Below, piece by piece: positions 50,664 through 64,000 of a DNA stretch of 64,000 nucleotides; position 1 is the first letter of the stretch, and each line of letters opens with the position of its first letter. The notes beneath the pieces are model-generated. The model saw only the letters and a list, made by a program, of their open reading frames with translations. It searched no databases and was not told where the DNA came from. The position numbers and the translations under genes are program-made. The stretch lies in assembly GCF_009914755.1 (NCBI RefSeq), contig NC_060935.1; one strand, 5' to 3'. The stretch comes from the human T2T-CHM13v2.0 reference genome, Homo sapiens.

Positions 50664-50789
50664 ATTAGACTTCATCAAAATTTAAAACGTTTGTTCTTCA
50701 AGTGACAGCAAACCAACACAGAAAAGGATATAATATTTGCAGTACATATATCTCACATAGGCCTTATTGTTCAGAAAAGAGAACAAAAA

Positions 50790-50980
50790 ATTACAAACTT
50801 TCACTGACCATCTGTTTGTTTAAATAAAGTTTTATTGAAATACAACCATGCCCATTTGTTTACATATTATATATGATTGCTTGTGCATTTTAGTGACAGA
50901 GATGAGTAGTTATGACAGATTGTTTGGCCAATGAGCCCAGGATATTTCTCTCTGGCCTTTAAGATCTTGTCAACTCTTGA
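50790..50980. mobile_element. MER58A-like hAT-Charlie DNA transposon
   Basis: TAAATAAAGTTTTATTGAAATACAACCATGCCCATTTGTTTACATATT. Confidence 0.7.
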
Positions 50981-51839
50981 ACAAGAATATACAAAGAACT
51001 CTTATAAATAAATAAGAAGTAAAACAGCCCAATGTTAAAAACAGATGAAACATTTGAACAGACATTATATATTTAATTAATTTTTTCCTGCTTGCCATCT
51101 GTAAACTACTTTTAAACCCATCTAGTTATTTTATCTTTGCAGTGACTGTATTTTTTCAGCTATAGAGTTTATCCTTTTTTATATAGTTTCTATTTTTCTG
51201 ATTAGATCTATGTTGGTTTGTTTATGCATTTTTTAAGCCTTTGAACATATTACAATACCTTCTTTGAAATCGTTGTCTCCTAAATCCAACAATTGTTATT
51301 TGGAGTGGGTCTCAATTGACCACCATTTTTTATTGACATGGCTTATACTTTACTGCTTCTTTTCATTTTTTTAGAGACTTTTGTTCAAAAATAGGACATT
51401 ATAGGTAATAATTGTAATGACTCTGAAATCTGTTATATTCTTCTGATGGTTGTTGGTTTTATGTTGTGGTAGATAGCTGTCTTCTCTATACTTATACTAT
51501 AAAGCATATAGTAGACTCTTTTCCGTTTGTTTTGCAACACGTGATCTATTTGTTCAATTCATTTGGCTTCCAGCTGCTGTTCTTTTAACCTGGCGTGTAG
51601 GGGAACTCTTTCATGATTGTGAATTTGTCAATAATTTAATAATTTGGGCAGTTTATTATCAGTTTGGAGAACAGGGTTCAGCCTGTCTGCATTTAGTTCC
51701 CTTGCATGTAGGTGCCCATCAAATTTCCAGCTGCTCTTTTTTTCCCAAGCTCTGTCATCTGACCATTCAAGTCATTAATGTTAAATTTTTATCTGATGCC
51801 TGGGCTTGCAAATTCTATCCGTCAAAAGTGCAACAAAAT

Positions 51840-53800
51840 AGGGGCCAATATGGCTGATTAGAAGCATCTCTTACTCACCTCCTTTAATTAAAATAACCAA
51901 AATAGTGAAGAGATAATCACTCTTTGAATAGATCATCCAAGAGAAAACACTGGAATTCAACAGAGAAGTGGTGACAAACACCTAAAGCAAGGGAAAGGCA
52001 GGGAGCAAGGCAGTCTGCTTAGCCAAGATCAGTGGGGAACCAGAAAAGACTCCCTAATGCAGGGAAAATGTAAATGAGAGATTTCCAGAGGTCCACATTC
52101 CCACCAAGAAATCCTATAATCCTAGCCAATGGAGAGCTGCATGACCCTTGCAGGCCCCGAGAATAACATAGGGAGTCCCTGGAAACCACACAAAGGCATT
52201 GCTTCAGAAAGAGAGGTCATGCTGGGTCCCACAAGCCCTGAAGTCCTGGGCACAGCAACAAGATGCCATTTTGAGAGCCCAGCCCACACCAGACTGCATC
52301 TTGTCCTGCAACCTGGGCCAATATGGCAGCCACCAGCGCGATTCTGCCCCACCCCTGCAGAGGGCTGCACATTCTCACATATCCTGAGGATGAGTTCTGC
52401 TGCCTGCAACTGCTGTAGGTGTAGACTGCTATGGGCTGAGGTACACTAAAAGCCCACACCCCCAGCTGCCTGCCTATGTCTGCCCCCAGGAAAAGCAACT
52501 CCACCCTCTACAGTAGCACACCCACTGCCTCCTCCACCTGAGCATTCTGTCAGAGGCCTTGGGCTTACCCTACTACTGCACACCATAGCCAATGTGTTTA
52601 CACACCAACAAGGGGCCTGAGGACACAGGCAGGCCTGGTTGCCCCCATCCCAAGTACCTGAGCACAGCATCCAGGAACCTGGGACTCTCACAGTCTAGTC
52701 CACTACTAGTGGCATCTGAGCTCTTCTCCTAGAGTCTAAAGCTGGACCCACTCAACCTGCCACTGCCACCACAGCTAGCACCTACCTCCATATGCCACGT
52801 GTGGGTCTGTTAACACTGTTAACACCAGTGGGGACCACCTGGGTCCCAAAGTGCTGTTCCACCACTGCTACTGCCATTGCCCAAGCAACACCCACTCTTT
52901 AGGGGCTCAAGAACCCACCCCACCTCCCAACCCTCCACTGATATTCCCAACAATAGAGCAAGCCACCTGGAGGCCCAAGAATTGGCCTGCCTTGACCCAC
53001 TAATGCTGGTGCTCTGGGGCCCAAACACAGGCACACTCAGCCCACCGCTGCTACCACTGGTGTCTGAAGACTGGTCTACCTGGTTGTCCAGTCCCCAGCA
53101 AAACTTCAGCAAAACCTTCACTAACAACTACACCTTGAGCCACTGAGGAAATTACAGACATCATTGACACTGTTTACAGCCAAAGAAATAATACAGAGAC
53201 TACACTATTAAATGCACCCAGAATCAAAGCTAAAGTGTAATACCCAAGCAGCACCATAGATATATCTTCAGGAAAAAATCCTTCTCTCCAAAAACAAATT
53301 TAAAAAAATGTAAAAAGCAACTGTTAAATCAGATGTGCAGGTATCAAAGTAAGGACACAGGAAGAAGAAAAAACAAGGATATATGACACTTCCAAAGCAA
53401 CACAATAATTCTCCAGCAACAGATCCTAATCAAAAAGAAATTTATGAAATCTCAGAAGAAAGAATTCAAAATTTTGATGCTAAAGAAGCTCAGTGACATA
53501 TAAGAGAATTCTGGAAAACAATACAAAGAAATCAGAAAGACAATTCAGAACATGAATGAGAAATTTACCAGAGATAGATATAAAACAGAACCAAACAGAA
53601 ATCCTGGAAGAGAATAATTAATTGAATGAAATACACAATGCATTTGAAAGTTTCAACAATAGGCTAGATACAGTAAGAAAAAAAAATCAGAATGTGAAGA
53701 CAAGTCTTTTGAAATAATCCAGTGAGCAAAAATAAAAATAAAAAAGAATAAATCCCTTATGACATATGAGATCCCATAAAGTGGCCCAATTTTCAAATTT
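51840..53800 (+). mobile_element. L1PB/L1MA-type 5'UTR and ORF1 start
   Basis: GGCCAATATGGCTGATTAGAAGCA 5' end, GC-richer UTR, ORF1-like AAAGAAGCTCAGTGA...AGAAATTTACCAGAGA. Confidence 0.65.
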
Positions 53801-53814
53801 CACCTAAAGAAAGG

Positions 53815-54575
53815 TGAAACAAAGGGCACAGAGCCACCTCTCTGTACATACTCAGTAAACTGGTCAAAACCAGTCTATAGCCAGCAGTCATTTAGCAAAA
53901 AGGAATGCTTTGTAGACAAGGAGAACTGCAATGCTAGAACCATGAAAACAAAAGGAGTGGTGTCAGGTGGTCAAATTAAATAAGTGGAGGTGTTTTCCTG
54001 TCTTTTGTTCTCCCAAGCTGGCTTTTGAGAAAATCTGGTAATAATAAGTAAGGGGAAGCCAAGAGTGGGATATAACCAATCTGTCTCATCATGGCCAGGA
54101 ACTCAAAGGTTTTGGGGTATTTTAGCCTAGTGGGTTGTATTAGTCCATTCTCACACTAATTTTATGCTAATAAAGACACACCCAAGTCTTGGTAATTTAT
54201 AAAGGAAAGAAGTTTAATTGACTCACAGTTCAGGCTAGCTGAGGAGGCCTCAGGAAACTTACAATCATGGCAGAAGAAGAAGCAAACACGTTCATCTTCA
54301 CTTGGCAGCAGCAAGAAGTGCCAAGCAAAAGGGGGGAAAGCCCCTTATAAAACCATAGATCTTGTGAGAACTCACTCACTATCATGAGAACAGCAGCATG
54401 GGGTAACCACCCCCAAGATTCAGTTACCTCCCACCAGGCCCCTCCCACATGTGGGGATTATGGGAACTACAATTCAAGATGAGATTTGGGTGGGGATATA
54501 GCCAAACCATACCAAGGGTCCATTAGTGTGTCGATGGGGTGGGGGGTTGAACCTTTGTTTCAGTCTTCAAATGGA
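53815..54575 (-). mobile_element. Probable ERV internal fragment lodged within L1, itself interrupted by THE1
   Basis: Non-L1 sequence on both sides of the THE1 (ATGGCCAGGAACTCAAAGG; AACCTTTGTTTCAGTCT), family unassigned. Confidence 0.35.
54136..54514 (-). mobile_element. THE1 solo LTR
   Basis: TGTATTAGTCCATTCTCACAC...GCCAAACCATACCA; TSD (T/A)GGGT. Confidence 0.88.
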
Positions 54576-56388
54576 GTGAAGAACAAAAATTATATAGTCA
54601 TCTCAATAATGCAGAAAAACGTGAAAAAAATTAACTTCCCTTTATGATTAAAACTCTCAACAAACTACCCATAGAATGAACATACCTCAAAATAATAAGA
54701 CCTTATATGACAAACTCACAGCTGACATCATACTGAATGGGGAAAAATGGAAAACCATTTCTCTAAGAACTGGAACAAAACAAGGATACCCACATTCAGC
54801 TCTACTATTGAACATAGTACTGGAAATCCTAGCCAAAACAATCAGGTGAGAGAAAGAAATAACCATCCAAATTGGAAAAGAGAAAGTCAAATTGCCTCTC
54901 TTTGCAAACCACATGATTTTCTATTTTTAAAAACCAAAACATGTCATCAAAAAAACTCTTAGAACTGATGAAACAAATTCAGTAAAGTTGTAGAACAAAA
55001 AATCAACATACAAAAAATTAATACCATTTCTATATACCAATAATAAAATTGGAAAAAATAAATCAAGAAGGCAGTTCATTTATAATAGCTACCAAAAATA
55101 CCTAGAAATAAATCATAAATACTACAATCAAATGGAAAAACATTTTATCCTCAAGGATAGGAAGAATCAATATTGTTAAAATGGCCATACTGTCATAAGC
55201 AATTTACAATTCAACGCTATTCCTATCAAACTCCCAATGACATTTTTCACAGAATTAGAAAAAAAAACTATTCTAAAATTTACATGAAACCAAAAAAGAA
55301 CCCAAATATCTAAAGTAATCCTAAGCAAAAAAGAAAAAAGCTGAAGGCATCACACTATTTGGCTTCAAACTATACTATGAGGCTACAGTAACCAAAACAG
55401 CATGGTACTAATTCAAAAACACACACATAGAGCAAAGGGACAGAATAGAGAACCCAGAAATAAAGCCATACACGTATAACCATCTGATTTTTAACAAAGT
55501 TGACAAAAACATGCAAAGGAAAAAGGCCTCACTATTCAATAAATGGTGCTGGAATAACTGTCTAACCACATGCAGAAGCCTGAAACTGGGCCCTTTCTTT
55601 TCACCATATACAAAAATCAACTGAAGATGGCTTAAAGACTTAAATGTAAAAACTAAAACTACAAAAACCTTGTAGAAAACCTAGGCAATACCATTCTGGA
55701 CATAGACCCTAGTGAAGATTTCATGATGAAGACACCAAAAGTAATTACCACAAAAGCAAAAATTGACAAACAGGATCTAATTAAACTAAAGAGCTTCTGC
55801 ACAGCAAATGAAACTATCAACAGAGTAAACAGACAACCTACAGTATGGGAGAAAATATTTGCAAACTATGCATCCAATGAAGGTCTAAAATCCAGAATCT
55901 ATAAGGAACTTAAACAAATTTACAAGAAGAAAACGACCCCATAAAAAGGTGGGCAAAGGACATGAATAAATACTTCTCAAAAGAAGACATACATGTGGCC
56001 AACAAGCAAATAAAAAATGTTAACATCACCAATTATTAGAGAAATGCAAATCAAAACCACAATGAGATACCCATCTCAAATCAGTTAGAATGGCTATTAT
56101 TAAACATTCAAAAAATAATAGATGCTGCTGAGGCTGTGGAGAAAAGGAATACTAATGCACTGCTGGTAGGAGGGTAAACTTGTTCATCCACTATTAAAAG
56201 CAGTTTTTAGATTTCTCAAAGAACTTAAAACAGAACTACCATTCAATTCAGTAATCCCATATACAATTTGATACTTACCCAAAGAAAATAAATAACTCTA
56301 GCACAAAGACACATGTATGTGTATGTTCATTGCAGCACTGTTCACAATAGCAAAGACATGGAATCAACCTAAATGCCCAACAATGGTG

Positions 56389-62180
<5,792 letters not shown>

Positions 62181-62939
62181 AAAACAATATGAGATCATGT
62201 CCTTTGTAGCAGCATGAATGGAGCTGGAGACCATTATCCTCAGCAAATTAACCACAGGAACAGGAAACGAAATTGCACATGTTCTCACTTACAAGTGGGA
62301 GCTAAACATTCAGTATACATGAACACAAAGAAGGGAACAATAGACACTGTGGCCTACTTGAGGATGTAGTGTTGTAGGAAGGAGAGGATTAAATAACTAC
62401 CTTTGGGGTACTAAGCTCATTACCTGGGTAATGAAATTATCTTTATACCAAAACCCCTATGATGTGCAATTTACCCATATAAAAAAACCCACACATGTAC
62501 TTCCTGAACCGAAAAGTTGGAAAAATAAAATAAATAAAATAAAATAAAATAAGTCATTAACTAGTTGAGCAAATAAAACACTGGAAGATAGAATACCTGT
62601 TTAATACATGCACATATTTAAAGCCAATACATATTGGGTACTACAAGGTTACATTCAGAATTATTTCAGTATGTTGGCTCATGCCTTGCCCTCCTCACCA
62701 GAAACCAGAAGAAAGAATGTGATTTATTATGTGTTAATAATTAAGCACAGCCCAGGATCATAAACTTTTAAACAGGCTTTTTAAAAACATAGCCATGATC
62801 AACTTTTTCTTGTTTAAAGGAAATTTATATGAAAAGGAAGGATTGTTTATTTAGTTGATAAAATTACAACAATGAAATACTCAGAGATGTTTTAAAAACT
62901 AAAGACAGTTATATGTAAATAAATGAGTATTTCTTCCAT

Positions 62940-64000
62940 AAAAGAGGTAAAAAATCTCTACAAGGAATACTAGAAAATAAAAAACTGGTAAAAGAAATTG
63001 AAGAGAACAGAAACTAATGGAAAGAAATTTTACGCTTATGTTATGAAAGAATTAATTTTGTTAAAATGATCCTACTGCCCAAAGGAATCTGCATATTCAA
63101 TGTAACCTCTGTCAAAATATCAATGTCACTTTCACAGAAATAGAAAAAACAATCCTAAAATATATATGAAACCAAAAAAAGAGACAGAATAGCCAAAGCA
63201 ATTCTTAGCAAAAAGAAGAAAGCTGGAGGCATCATGCTACCTGATCTCTAAATATATTATAAGGCTTTAGTGACCAAAACAACATAGTATTAGCATAAAA
63301 ACAGACACATAAACCAGTGGAACAAAACAGATAACCCAGAAATAAATGCACATATTTACAGCCAACTGATCTTCAATGAAGTCCTTAAGAACATACATTA
63401 AGGAAAGGACACTTTTTGAATAAATAGTGCTCCATATGATTGAAATGTGGAAGAATGAAACTGAACCCCACACTCTTACTATATGCAAAAATCAACTCAA
63501 GATTGATTAAAGACTTAAACATAAAACGTGACACTAAAACTACTGAAAGAAAACATGGAGAAAGCTATTCAGACATTGGTCTAGGCAAACATTTTATAGC
63601 AAAGGCCTCAACACCACAGGAAACAAAAACAAAAATAGACAAATGAGACTATATTAAACTAAAACCCTTTGGTACAGGAAAAGAAACAGTCAACAGAGTG
63701 AAGGAACAACCTCTTGAATAGGAGAAAATATTTGCAAACTATTCATCCAACAGGGGACTAATATCGAGAATATACAAGGAAGTCAAACAACTCAACAGTA
63801 AAAATAATAATAATTAATAATCCCATTAAAAATAAACAAACACACAAAAAGACATTTCTCAAACTAAGACATATAGATGGCTGACAGGTATATGAAAAAC
63901 CTGCCCAACATTCCTAATCACCAGAGAAATGCAAATTTAAACCATAAGAAGATATCATCTGTAGTTAGAATGGCTATTATTAAAAAGACAAAAATAACAG
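62940..64000 (+). mobile_element. L1MA-type ORF2 fragment running off the window
   Basis: TTCACAGAAATAGAAAAAACAATCCTAAAA, AAAGCTGGAGGCATCATGCTACC, GGACTAATATCGAGAATATACAAGG. Confidence 0.8.

Larger units (their letters stand above)
49800..51065 (+). mobile_element. Ancient L1M ORF2 remnants, interrupted
   Basis: CAACAAATGTTACTAGAACAACTG, AAAATTAACTCAAAATG, GACTTCATCAAAATTTAAAAC. Confidence 0.55.

Overview
Repeat-dense primate (most likely human chr11p15.4) genomic DNA from the OR5P olfactory receptor cluster. It holds one intact OR gene on the minus strand (OR5P2, 42362-43351, here a 329-aa allele with a complete TM1), one frameshifted OR pseudogene (OR5P1P, 19252-20176) and an RPL7A processed pseudogene inserted into an old L1. 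The rest is layered transposons: L1PA/L1PB/L1M, Alu, MIR, L2, THE1/MLT, MER11, ERV1/ERVL LTRs, Tigger3 and MER58. Almost all ORFs in the supplied track are decayed L1 or Alu frames. Main non-obvious signals: (1) the four young L1 copies share non-consensus bases in a patchwork, including a ~350-bp tract in a twin-primed L1 that matches another L1 46 kb away, suggesting local L1-to-L1 gene conversion or sibling origin; (2) two of these L1s are direct repeats bracketing OR5P2, a possible deletion substrate; (3) a ~490-bp Tigger3+AluJ segment has been copied into the centre of an AT-rich inverted repeat. Repeat subfamily names, consensus bases and reference-allele comparisons are from memory and manual reading, not from database searches. 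Boundaries of old repeats are approximate.
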